DNA of 64,000 nt from Octopus sinensis (Eukaryota), in assembly GCF_006345805.1 (NCBI RefSeq), contig NC_043002.1:98828001-98892000 (forward strand), written 5' to 3'. Shown here piece after piece: positions 27,736 to 41,029 of the stretch. The number at the start of each line of letters is the position of its first letter. Positions within the stretch are counted from its first letter, which is position 1. The notes below the pieces were generated by a model. That model was not told the origin of the DNA and searched no databases. It saw only the letters and a list, made by a program, of their open reading frames with translations. The position numbers and the translations under genes are program-made.

Positions 27736-27949
27736 TATCTATCTCACGTTCTCTCTCTCTCTCTATGTGCGTGCGTGTGTGTGTGTATGTAGGCGCGTGT
27801 GTATTTATTTATGAATTGATGTACGTATGCTTTCTCTTCTTAACTCTTTCAGTGTTTATTCTGACTGGTCACCTGCTTGAAGCGAAGATTGGAAAAGGAA
27901 ATCTTATTTAAAACTGGTTTATTGTTTTCTTCCTTATCGTTGCACAACT

Positions 27950-28700
27950 ATTCATCCATTACATTTTACTAAGATCCTGTAGATATTTTTAGTGAGATCT
28001 TACAGGATTTTTTAATAATTTTGTAGATTATTATATAGTGTGATCATCACTACATTATGCAAGTACGTTCTTTCTCTACGAAGCATGTTGAGCCATTTTT
28101 GATACAAACGAATCAATACATTTTCTGTCACAATAATAAAGTTGAAATTACAGTTTGAGTTCTTGATTTGCAAACTCTTCACCAATGGTCAGCAGATGTC
28201 TTTTTTCCTCCCTCTATTATTTCTCATCGCATTGATATCAAGTGTGAGCTTCTACGGAGAGCAAATATATATTTTATGGTCCTAATAAACAATATCAGGT
28301 CGATTGTATCTTAATCTTATTGGTACTTTTACTTCCTAAATTCGGCCAATATTATTTTGTCCCTGTATTTCAATATGTACAACTTTATTTGTTACTATTT
28401 TATTCTTTCTAGTTCTTTTCTAAGGTTGCCCTGGTTACAAATTAAGCATTTTGGCAAGTATCTATATAACATTCTGTTACAGCTGGCAATGATCTCGCTA
28501 ATGTCTTTGATTCAAGTTTTGCATAACCTACATTAATTTTCAATATAATTTATGTAGGAGATGCATATTTCTGGTCTGTCGTACTCTCCAATGTGAGCTG
28601 TGGTTACCCATGCCAGACAACTTTTAGTGTGGCTTATTCTCTCACTAGCCGTTCCCCCTAAACAACACCAAGTAACAAAGCGATTTATCTAAAATATAGC
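27950..28700 (-). mobile_element. ancient RLE-type (R4/NeSL-like) non-LTR retrotransposon C-terminal relic
   Basis: Minus strand yields KDISEIIASCNRMLYRYLP (post-zinc-knuckle region) and KIRYNRPDIVY (restriction-like endonuclease PD motif) across frameshifts. Confidence 0.55.
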
Positions 28701-29220
28701 TTCGAGATTTTAGTTCCAAATTCTTTATCAGGAACAGGTAAAATCAGAGATCGTCAACATGCACTGAGTGAACTTTTCTTTAAAATTTATAACATTGAAA
28801 TAAAATTGATATGACTGGTTTGAAGAATTCACCAACGGAAGATAACTGGTCGTATAGACACCAGTTACGCTACCTAAAACTATATCGTTTATGCACACAG
28901 ATGTTTTGTTATGCAAGTGTTCGTTCAAATGCAGTGATCAAATGAACATTAAAAAGAAAAATTCGTTCTTTATGAAAGTTCTTCATTCCAAATGCATTTC
29001 AAGAAACCATTACAAAAGGGCTTGACTGTAAATATGCAAAAAGCAAATTGGAAATCAGTGCCTAAAACTTAAATAAGATAGACAACTTTCAATTATAAAG
29101 CAAATTATTTTTTCATAAAGCACACTAATTTTATTTGTGTGTGTGTGAGTGTGTGTGTGTGTGCTAAATAAGAAGACAAAGAAAGAGTTCCGTGCATATT
29201 TAATGACCGGTTACAATTAT

Positions 29221-29273
<53 letters not shown>

Positions 29274-29894
29274 AGTTAAAAATTTTAGTTCATAGCTAAA
29301 CTTCGGTAAGATAAATATTTAAATTACCTGAAGATTGACTGTAACCATAACTCGAATTATTACGAATTGTACAACCATGAAACGATCGTAGTGTTTTACT
29401 CTTTATCTTTTATTAAACTTTTAATACTTTTGATATATATTTAAAATAATATAAATTAATTAATTTTATGTATTGGCCTATGTTTTTCATTGTTTGATTT
29501 GCCTGATAGTGGTTTTATCTCTAATTTAATATAATATATATATATAATTAAGTAATACAATGGATTTATATTTATGAAAATTAGGCGTAGTTTTTAAACA
29601 ATTATTGGAAATTGGAATATTCTTATAATAGAAATTTGTCGTAATATCTTGCCGCGAAAATACCCCAGTAAAACAAATGAGATATCATTGCAATGATACA
29701 AATAAGTGGATTATCTCTTTATTTTTGGAATTTCTGCATCATTCAGACAGCTTATTCTGTCAGTTTTGTAGTAATTTCAACGTGTAAAACTATAGAATAA
29801 GCATAAAACAATGTTGGCCCAACATGTGCACTGCTAAAAGATTAAATTTCTTTCTTTTGGCCACCGAGCCTGTTCCTTTCTGCTTTATTTCCCA

Positions 29895-30292
29895 CTAGCA
29901 GTATCGCCAGGCGTTGCTCGGGTTTGTAAGGGAAATAACTATATAAGCATTTTTAGAGAGTTATAGCCAAAAAATAGCAAAAAAATGCATTAAAAATGGA
30001 AAAAAAATGATAGTAAATTTTTTTTTAAATCGTTGACTCATCGTAGACATTTTTAGAGAGTTATTTCCCTTATATAATAGTGAAAAAAATACATTAAAAT
30101 GGAAAAAAATTATGGTAAATTTTTTTAAAATCGTAGACTCATCGTAGACGCGCGCTAATACCCAGAAGGGCTCGATATGAATCACGACTATAAGATACCC
30201 GGTTTTGGTTAAACTGCACCGCAAAATGTGGGAGTAGTTAGGAATCTAAATCGTAGGAGACAGACACACAACCTCGCTTTTATATATAAAGA
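29895..30292 (-). mobile_element. non-autonomous Helitron-like element
   Basis: Minus strand starts A|TC (TCTTTATATATAAAAGCG) and ends CTAG|T, with an imperfect GC hairpin (CCCGAGCAACGCCTGG) about 8 nt before the end. No TSD; internal duplication of about 90 bp. Confidence 0.72.
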
Positions 30293-30841
30293 TTAGGCTA
30301 CAGCTATAGTCTTCCATTTAATCTGCATCCCACTGTCCTGGTATCATTTATGCTCAGAGCTTTTACCTCTTTGACCAAAACTCAGCTTTTTTTGTGAAAA
30401 CGGGTGGAAGTCAGCTTTGTGGGTTTTCGCAAGCAACTCATCACTTGGATTCCCTCTTGTTGCAGTTCAATAATTATAAATGAATAAAAAGTTTTGAAAT
30501 GTAAAATTACTACCATGAAAACATATTGTAGAATACGAAAAAAAAGAGCAATTTCGCATTTCTTATCTATAGCGCTAGTTAACTACTGAAGCAGACGTAA
30601 ATTGATGTCCTATTTAGAATCACATCACACCATAAAAAAGAAACAAAATTTTGCAGACTAGAGTACTATGTGTGCGCGCACGCACACACAGAATATACTT
30701 ACACAAACACACGCGCGCGTACATATATTTATTTGTATGCCTGTACACACATATATTATGAATATATATGCGTATATCTATATATATATATATGGATATA
30801 TACATCGATATAAACATACACATATGCATAATTATGTATGT

Positions 30842-30886
<45 letters not shown>

Positions 30887-30938
30887 AATGTGCGAGTGCA
30901 GGTGTGTATATATGTATACATATATGTACACAGATTCA

Positions 30939-30996
<58 letters not shown>

Positions 30997-31154
30997 AACA
31001 TAAGGATATATGTATACGTGTGTATGTGTGTCTATTTCCTATCTGTCTACTTTCTGTTAGATTATTAATGCTAAATGTTGTTTCTTTCCCTTACATATCT
31101 ATGAATCTTTCCTGTAGGTCGTTTTGTAATTGCTTATACACATTCTTGCGCACT

Positions 31155-31190
<36 letters not shown>

Positions 31191-31728
31191 CACTTGAATA
31201 CAGTGGACCATTTCATTTTGTTTTTCTTCTATTATCAGGAAACATCATTTGCTTAGTTGCTTAGTTACGGAACTGTTTACGTCATTTCACACACGCACAC
31301 ACACACACACAGACAAACACACACACAGACAAACACACAAACACACACACACTAATCAGCCAAGTTTATCTGCGCTTATATAATTTCGTTTTTTCCCCTC
31401 TATAAGTTTTTTTTTCCGTAGGAGTTGTGCAAGTATGTATATTTACAAATATACACCGGTGTCGATATTTATGTAGTTAACGAATGTATGTCTGTCCATA
31501 TTTCTTTTCCTATAAACGTAGATAAAGATGCGTATGCATGAACGTTTATGAATGTGTTTACCTTGTGTACATTCTTGACAATCTACCCAGCCCCTTTCTT
31601 TTTTTTTCACATTTGTCTGTTTTCTTGTGGTAGACCCTTTAATTGTTTTCGCCATATATTGAAATTAATAATCTTACACATATGTATAGTAACTTCCGTT
31701 TATTTCTAAAAAATTTTTGATCATATAT

Positions 31729-32031
31729 TGTTGTTTGTTCTTTCTCGAGCCACGCTTGGCTTATAGGGTCGGTTTCCCGGTTTCATTGGCATATAGGTTC
31801 CCCACCTGGACGGGACGCCAGTCCCTTGCAGGTGAGCTGCAGGATGCAGGAGGAAAGCGTGAGAAAGTTGTGGTGAAAGAGTCAGCAGAATTTCGCCATT
31901 ACCTTCTGCCGGAGCCGCGTGGAGCTTAGGTGTTTCGCTCATAAACACACACATCGCCCGGTCTGAGATTCGAACCCGCGATCCCTCAAACGCGTGTCCG
32001 CTGCTCTAACCACTACGCCATGTGCCTCCAC
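31729..32031 (-). mobile_element. chimeric SINE (A-type head and body, D-type tail), 12-bp TSD
   Basis: TSD TTGATCATATAT at 31717-31728 and 32032-32043. The A-like body runs into GGACTGGCGTCCCGTCCAG...GAAACCGGGAAACCG. Confidence 0.85.
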
Positions 32032-32073
32032 TTGATCATATATACTTGTGTGTAACTTCATACCATACAGAGT

Positions 32074-32457
32074 CGTGGAGGCGCAATGGCCCAGTGGTTA
32101 GGGCAGCGGACTCGCGGTCGTAGGATCGCGGTTTCGATTCCCAGACCGGGCGTTGTGAGTGTTTATTGAGCGAAAACACCTAAAGCTCCACGAGGCTCCG
32201 GCAGGGGATAGTGGTGATCTTTGCTGTACTCTTTCACCACAACTTTCTCTCACTCTTACTTCCTGTTTCTGTTGTACCTGTATTTCAAAGGGCTGGCCTT
32301 GTCACTCTCTGTGTCACGCTGAATATCCCCGAGAACTACGTTAAGGATACACGTGTCTGTGGAGTGCTCAGCCACTTACACGTTAATTTCACGAGCAGGC
32401 TGTTCCGTTGATCGGATCAACCGGAACCCTCGTCGTCGTAACCGACGGAGTGCTTCC
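32074..32457 (+). mobile_element. SINE family A, 12-bp TSD with one mismatch
   Basis: TSD ACCATACAG(A/G)GT at 32062-32073 and 32458-32469. Confidence 0.92.
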
Positions 32458-33117
32458 ACCATACAGGGTATTCCTACATTGTTTCTCGTTCGTAATTAAT
32501 GCTTGTATATACATTTCTGCCTCTATTTGTCTCTACAAAATTATTTACTTTCATATTTTGTCTCATTGTTTTCTTGTTAAACACTTAGCTTTACAACGTC
32601 GGAACCAATAATATACACCTAGAATAGTATTTTCTCATTTGCTCATAAGTACCAGAGTTAAATATTGTATAATTTTAATTTCTAAGTTGCTATTATTAGG
32701 CCAAATCACTCACTTCCCTTGAAATGCTCCATCTTAATTATTTCCCCATATTGATATTTATTAACTCTTTTTCGAATTTATCCATTTTCTTCAAATATAT
32801 GTATATATATATATATATGTATATGTATATATATATATATGTATATGTATATATATGTATATATATATGTATATGTATATATATTATATATATACACATT
32901 ATATATATGTATATATATATATACACATTTATATATATGTATATATATATATACATATATATATATATTAAGTACTGGGCTTACAAAAAAGAATAAGTCT
33001 CGGGGTCGAGTTGTTCGATTAAAGGCGGTGCTTCAGCATGGCCGCAGTCAATGACTGAAACAAGTAAAAGAGTAAAAGAGTAAGAGTATATATATGTATA
33101 TATATGTATATATATAC

Positions 33118-33148
<31 letters not shown>

Positions 33149-33240
33149 CATATATATGTATATATATATATATACATATATATATGTATATATATTACAT
33201 ATATATATGTATATTATATACATATATATGTAATATATAT

Positions 33241-33291
<51 letters not shown>

Positions 33292-33296
33292 GTATG

Positions 33297-33353
<57 letters not shown>

Positions 33354-33432
33354 TATATATATATATATGTATATATATAAGAAAAATAAAAACGGAAAAT
33401 ACGCACACTTACATGGTTATAGTAATTTTTAA

Positions 33433-33469
33433 TGTATCGACCGGTTTCGCAATCGCTATTCATGATACA
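33433..33469 (-). ncRNA. minimal hammerhead motif with A3-U8 core (left arm)
   Basis: TGTATC-ATGAATA-GC(gatt)GC-GAAA-CCGG-TC-GATACA. Confidence 0.7.
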
Positions 33470-34154
33470 ATGTTTAATTTATATGAAAATATATTTTTCT
33501 TAAGAAGAAAATGGGTCCATGTTGTTTTTAATGAGATTTCAAACAAGGACAGAGGTTCAGAATTAAAACTAGTTTCACCTGTGCCTCTGAGAACCTAATT
33601 TATGTAATAACCTGCTCGTGTTGCAGTCGTTAGTACATTTGGCAAACGAGTTTAATTTTGAGGAAGAGAATTACTCTGCATAAGGAGCAAATCCGTTTCC
33701 CGCAATACAGACAAATCCCTCTTAGTGAAGACATAGAAAAACGTGCGGGTAACATCAAACCAAATTTTACAGTCTTCCCTTTCTACCAGTGCAATGACAC
33801 AATCTCTCAACTAGAACGCTTAAATAAAGAAACTTTTTTCATTGAAAAATACAAAACGCGTCTGAATAAGCACGCATAACCAATTTTTATATTTTTACAT
33901 ATTACATCACTGTACATAAATCCCCTACTAAACAAGGCCCCCTTTTTTTAAACCTGTCTCCATTCAGTACACATATTTTCCCCACCCAAAACCTAAACAG
34001 TTATCTCCCTTACAGACAACAATAACAATAATAACAACCAATTACCTCTCTTTACTTGTCAACTTGTAAAATCTTTCACTCGTGAATCTCATTATAAACA
34101 ACATGGACCCATTTTCTTCTTAAGAAAAAATATATTTTCATATAAATTAAACAT

Positions 34155-34191
34155 TGTATCATGAATAGCTATTGCGAAACCGGTCGATACA
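34155..34191 (+). ncRNA. minimal hammerhead motif with A3-U8 core (right arm)
   Basis: TGTATC-ATGAATA-GC(tatt)GC-GAAA-CCGG-TC-GATACA: stem I 6 bp, palindromic ACCGGT stem III, GUC triplet. Confidence 0.72.
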
Positions 34192-34309
34192 TTAAAAATT
34201 ATACTATAACCATGTAATTGTGCGTATTTTCCGTTTGTATTTTTCTTATATACATTACAATCCACCACGTGTGGACAACCGAAAGTCCTCTTTTCTGTTA
34301 CTACTACTA

Positions 34310-34381
<72 letters not shown>

Positions 34382-34408
34382 CATATACATATATATATAT
34401 ATACATAT

Positions 34409-34453
<45 letters not shown>

Positions 34454-36516
34454 TAGATACGCATACATTTACACAGAATTATTTAAATTGTCTCTAATTT
34501 TGGCGACAAGGCCACCAATTATGAGAGGAGAAGGCTGGTCGATACTATTCCCCCTAGCCCTTGCCTGGTACACTATTTTAGCAAAGATGTGGGAATGCCA
34601 AAGTTGACATCGGAGGGATTTGAACTCAGAACTTAAGAACAAGAATAACTACTGCAAACTATTTTTCATTTCTGTAACCATTCGCCCAATTCGATGTCCT
34701 GTGACAATTTAAATATTGCTGTTTCATTTAGGTGTAAGGCAAACAATTTGGAAGCGGATGTGGGGGTCGGTACCAACGACCCTAGCACTAAAGTTGTTGG
34801 GCAATTAAAATAATGCTGTCTTTATTTTAGGATAATTAAAGTAATGAAAAGGATTATTCTTGACTGCGTAAACTTAAAAAAAAAAGAAACAATGTTTCTT
34901 AAGTGCAGTCCATATGCAAGTTAATGTATATTAATGGCATTTGATATAATCTAAAGTATAGAATTTTTCTAGTATTGGAAATAACAGATTTTGTGGATTC
35001 TGGATTTCTGAAGAAAGGTCTCTGTAAAAGATATTAGAAATTGAAATTATATGAAGTCTGGCTGTTTAGAAAATTAATATGATAACCTCCTCCCCACCAA
35101 AAAAGCATCAACATGCCATAGGAATCAAATTATCGAAAGACCGATATCGCTAGACACTCTACGGAAAATAAACAGAATTCTAAAAATCATATCTGAGAAA
35201 TCAAGTAAACAAAAGAAAAAAAAAAACTAGCGAATCAAATAAACCACCAACCTATCAACCATCCACTCAATCAAAAATTTAGTATCACAAGCAAAAATTT
35301 AATAAAAAGTAAATTCGACATGTCATAAAGCTATTAAAAATTTTTTCCCCCAAGTAGAAAACTAAAATCTGAAACAATTTCACTTTGCATGAAAAATGCA
35401 TATTTTTTGTCGCTCTCCCAGTATTTTTATTTTGTATTCTCTTAAAGTATTGCCTAGGTGAGACATTTCTATGAAAATATACACGCTGACGAAATATATC
35501 AGAATTTCCCGTACCGTATATACTTGAATCCAATTTGACTTTTCTAGTTCAGTTACACGGCAAATTAACCCGTAGCTAAAAGTCGCTACTTAAAATCTTA
35601 CGAAATACCCTACTCGGTAATAGAGTGTTTGAGTAGATCTTAAAAACGGTTAGGTAGTACATCGACAGAGTATTTTTTATTGGTTTCCACTACGATTAAA
35701 GGCATTCCTGCCATTGCAATCATGTCTTTATTATAGATAGTGCATTCAGGAAATGATCATTAAAATTTTCTTCCTTTCTTTTTATGATAGAAAGGCGTGA
35801 TTTCAAGGAGATTCAACTGTTACGTATCGGCATAAGCAACTCCAAAGTCAAGCAACTCCAAAGAGGCTATCTCATTGATTTCTATTCTTTATGTTCCTAT
35901 TGTTTAGCTAGATGTCAGCTTTGATTGAAGACATTATAAAAGTTGGTCGTCGTCAGAGACGGAACAAATACCTCGAAGAATTCTAGCCGACGTTCCAGCC
36001 ACTCTACCAAATTATTTCCCGCGAGAAACAGATGTCAAATTTCCACCAAATGATACAGTAACATTTGAAAAAAAAAATACTGTATGAAACAGTATAATAT
36101 AGTAGTATATAAATAAAATGACCACGATTGAAACATCTTTGGTCACATCAATATTTGCTGAACTGAGTCAAATAAAATACAGCGAAAACAACATTAACAA
36201 TACTTTTATATCATAGGGCAGGCGACATATTTGATTCTCTTTAACATTTAATTATTTTTATTATCATTGATTACTTTTTACCGTATTTAAAATTATTTAT
36301 ATATTTCCGGTTTAATTTTCGACGATTCAAGATGAAATCGCGATGATGCCTGTGCATAAACATACAATTTAAGTTTGAAACACTGGCAAAGTTATAAAAG
36401 CAAAATAAATGAAGAATTTTTCCTTAAATATAATAAATTCTACCTTACATAGCGTATTATGCTAATTAACGATTATTCTTTATATACTGCAACTGATTAG
36501 AGCAGTAAGTGATATT

Positions 36517-36783
36517 TAAAAAAAAAAAATAAATGCGCCCTTTTTGAAAGCCTAGCCAGGCTCATGGACCCGGTTTCCCGGTTTCTATGGCGTATGCGTT
36601 CCCCAACTGGACGGGACGCCAGTCCATCGCAGCGTTACTAATTTTTGCCAGCTGAGTGAACTGGAGCAATGTGAAATGAAGTGTTTCATTCAAGAGCACA
36701 ACGCGTCACCCAGTCCAGGAATCGAAACCACAATCTTACGATCATGATGCTGACAGCCTAACCACTAAGCCACGCGCCTCCAC
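36517..36783 (-). mobile_element. SINE family D, 11-bp TSD
   Basis: Head GTGGAGGCGCGTGGCTTAGTGGTTAGG ... GGTTTCGATTCC; TSD TAAGTGATATT at 36506-36516 and 36784-36794. Confidence 0.9.
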
Positions 36784-37745
36784 TAAGTGATATTAGGATA
36801 TCTACAAATGTAGATGAAGCATGCCATGAGTAATGAGTGTTCAGCTCATAATCCTATAGTTGTGGGTTCAAATCCTTGACCAGGAGGTGCACTGTGTCAT
36901 AAGGCACTTCCTTTCACGTTACTTCAGCTCACTCAACTGAGAAATGTGTACCAGCCAAGTGCTACTGCAGATCTCTCTTCCACCGGCTGCCACATAGTAG
37001 ATTTTCCGTGGGGTTTAGGATAACAGGGATAAGAGGGCGTCTATATCGGCTCACAACTACACCTAAAAAGAATGAGAAAAGGCACATTTCAGGCTATCAA
37101 GCCATAGACACTCGAAAGTGGTGGCCGACTGTATTATTAATTATTGGGGTTTTCCGGCGAAGTTAGCATAAAATCATGGCATCGATATAATAAAAATAAT
37201 CTCTATTACATTTCGTGTTATAAAATAAGATAATCAAAATTTATAATAATAAAGAAGCAATCTTTTTCATTATTTTTAACGCATTTCTCAATTAAAACTT
37301 TATGTATTAAAATTTTCCTTTACACAACTAATTATATTTTTTGTTGCAAGAAAATAAGTTAATATAAAGAGATATTAGACAAGTAAAAAAAACTAGAATT
37401 TTCATAAACTAATTAGGTAGTAAAGAAAACGAAGGTATACTTTGTTAGCAAGAAGGTAAGTCACATGCAATTTTGAAGCAAAACTTCGATACACAAAGGA
37501 TTAATTATTTCTTGAGTAATCGGTTCCAACAACAACAAAAGCAAACAGCAAAAATTTATAGGTTGCTTTTCATTGTACACAGCGTGATTAAAAATGAAAA
37601 TTTTGTGAAAAATGAGAATAATTACTTTTATATTTTATCATGTTGAAAACTATCTCTTTATTTTCTGTTTTATGCTCTCTGTCTTTCTTTCTCTCTCTCA
37701 CGCACACACACACACTATATATATATATTATATATATAATATATA

Positions 37746-37785
<40 letters not shown>

Positions 37786-37913
37786 TATATATATAATATA
37801 TATATATATAATATATATATATATAATATATATATATATAATATATATATATATATATTATATATATATAATATATATATATATAATATATATATAATAT
37901 AATATATATATAT

Positions 37914-37980
<67 letters not shown>

Positions 37981-38295
37981 GAGTGGCTGTGTGGTAAATA
38001 GCTTGCTTACCAACCACATGGTTCCGGGTTCATTTCCACTGCGTGTCACTTGGGTGTTTTCTACTATAGCCTCGGGCCGACCAAAGGCTTGTGAGTGGAT
38101 TTGGTAGATGGAAACTGAAAGAACTCCGTTGTGTATATGTATATATATATATATATATTGCTGTTTTTACTGAGATCTCCCTTTTTAGTAGAAGAAATAG
38201 CTATAACTCTTTGACTGCTATTTCTAAATTCGGTATGTGGTAAGGCAATTCGTTGCTAAACCCTTTATTGCTTAGTATATATATATATATATATA

Positions 38296-38329
<34 letters not shown>

Positions 38330-39573
38330 ATGTGTGCAAAAGTAGGTATATAATAAGTATCACATCAATTTTATAATAATTCATTAACATCATTAACACA
38401 TAAAATCAACCTCACTTTTGATATTTTCAGTGTCATAATTATAATGATACTTTTATCGTAACTCTTAATCTTTTTGATGAAATTAAATGAGTATTGTACG
38501 TGTTTTCATTTTTCATATTTGAATACCTACTTTTGCACCACTCTGTATAATATAATCACACACACACACAGACACAGACACACACACACACACACACAGA
38601 CACACACACACCACACACACACATATGAAGAGTGTGTATTATTTGCACATTCTTTTTCTTGGTGCTTGATATATAGGTTACCTGAAACTGTGTACATCAG
38701 TAATGAATTTTCGGAAACCCGTATTACAATATATTTTTTTCAACAAAAACAAAACTGCATAAGCTCATTACATTTCTTAATCATTAAAGTATTTCGATCA
38801 GGATTTCTGACTTCTTTTGGAAGATTATTTCACCCAAATTTTCTTCTTTCCAGTTTAACCGTTTCCTTTTGTTGATTTTTTTTTTATTGTTGTTACTTTG
38901 TTATTCCTTAGACAAACCTAAACGAGAAGATTAATGTTTCCTTATTCATGGTTATTTTTTGAGGAGTATCTAAAAATACATAATTTAATGTGTTCTTTCT
39001 TTCCTAAACCTCTGAAATATAGGCTCTTTTGACACAATATAAATGAAACTATGAAAGAAGGTATCGTTGCCTGGTTAGGAATTTAGCGTCACATATGTGC
39101 GGTTCTTAGTTCTATCTCACTGCGCATTATGGAAAAGGTCTGTCTTTACTATAATCTAAGTTAAGTGGAAACTGCGCAGACGTCGTTCATATATCATTGT
39201 AATAATGGAAGAAGCTCCACATGTTATAAGCGTGAAGAAACCGTACTGACGGCTATGGTTGAAATAAGTTTGACAAGTGTATTTTTTTTTAAAATTCACC
39301 TCCTAAATTTTTTTTTTTTTCAAGCGCATGTTAAAACACAGCTTTACCAACGAGGGCAGACATATTATTGAGAGTACTTTTATTCATATTTTTGCTTTTC
39401 ACTTTTTTCTTTAGCCATTTTGAAAGGAAGTGTCCACATCTTTTTAACTAGTCGTTAGATAGCTCATAATCTTAAAAGAATTCGAGCTTATGCACGGCCC
39501 GCCACAATACTGATCAAAAGAATTCTGAATAAGATCCTACAAATGCGCCCCATTTCTTTTACTTCAGAACACT

Positions 39574-39605
<32 letters not shown>

Positions 39606-39640
39606 CACACACACACACACACAGAGATGTATAAGGGATA

Positions 39641-40903
39641 CAGAGTCTTGCAGATAAATTGAGACCAATTTTAAGCAGTTGACTTTGTGAGTTTAACATT
39701 TCATTTTTTGACAAAACCTTGCTTGCTTGAAAATCTAATCCTCCTCTCTATTTTTCGGGTAAATAGCGAACTGATTCAACAATGTTAACTCATGGAACAA
39801 GAATTGTCCCATCATTGTTGTTTTGGTGCGCGCCGGGCAAACTGCCGATAAAATTGTTAAGTTAACGAAACTTCCAAAGCAACAGTTTATCGTGTAGAGG
39901 GAAAGATTGATCGAAAAGAACAGAAGACTTGAAGTGATTCCAAGCGCAATCAAAAGTTCATCGCTGGTCTCAAACGCTCGATTGAAGCCAACTCATCCAC
40001 ATTTATGACAACTCTTGCAAAGAAACGCAATTTGTCCCTTTCCACAGTCTCCAGAGCTGTAAACAAGAACCTTGGTGTAACTAGCTATGTTCGACGACGA
40101 CGCCATCGCCACTTTACAGTCAAGGCCAAAGCATTCAGAACCAAGAAATGCCCAAAGTTTCTGTCATTCATCAAACATCAACGTGCAGGTAAAACTCTCA
40201 TGTTTGTGGACAAGAAGTTCACTGTGGACGCTGGGATGAATTTCAGAAATTCTGGAGTGATTGCTTACAACCCTTCTAACGTCCACCTTGTGTTTTAGAC
40301 TAAGAATACTGACTCTGTGATGATATTTGGACCCTGGCGAGTGATAGAAATGTCATAGATCCATACTTCATTGAGTCTGGCTTGAAGACCGGCATAAAGA
40401 CATATCCGGACATCCTGGAGAACTCTCTTACTTTGTATGGAGCAGAAGTTTGAACTTGACAATGTAGTGCTTATCCAAGATTCTGCACCATGTCATGTCA
40501 TGTGTCAAAAGCAACACAGGCCTTCCTTGGTGGGAAGGTGCCATTTTCTGCGAGGGTCAACATCTGGCCTAGTTATAACCCAGATCTCAACCTTCTTGAT
40601 TACTTTTTATGTGGCGTACTTCAAGCAAGGACCAATGCTTCACACTCGAGTGTCAACAGTTTGAAGACCTGCATTGTGCATGCGACTCGCAAAATAAAAA
40701 ATGCAAAGGTTGCGGCATCTGGAGAAAAAATTTAGTTCTCGTGTGGAAGCAGTAATTGCCCAAAAGGGCTGTCATTTTGAGTGATAGATGTTTTTTTGTA
40801 ATACATGCTACATTGAAACTATTTCTGTCTACTATCACTATTTTAGAATTTATAATCAGTTTTATGCATCGTAAAAATTGTCTCAGTTTATCCACATACC
40901 CTG
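39641..40903 (+). mobile_element. near full-length maT/DD37D transposon, decayed
   Basis: Imperfect TIRs CAGAGTCTTGCAGATAAATTGAGACCAATTTT and AAAAATTGTCTCAGTTTATCCACATACCCTG with TA on both sides. QDSAPCH...PDLNLLDY has 37 residues between the Asp residues once a 5-bp duplication is removed. Confidence 0.88.
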
Positions 40904-40907
40904 TATA

Positions 40908-40943
<36 letters not shown>

Positions 40944-41029
40944 TTTGTTTCAGTCCATCGGAAGATACATTTGCCTTTTATTTTTTCGGGGTCGTTAAAA
41001 AGCAGCCAATCCAAGACAGTGGTGTATAT

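Larger units (their letters stand above)
33374..34252 (+). mobile_element. 5'-truncated Penelope-like element with inverted pLTR arms (33374-33540 and 34085-34252) flanking a GIY-YIG domain (33544-33879)
   Basis: One frame reads QGQRFRIKTSFTCASENLIYVITCSCCSR*YIWQTSLILRKRITLHKEQIR...KETFFIEKYKTRLNKHA*. The two arms, about 165 bp each, are near-identical reverse complements. Confidence 0.9.
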
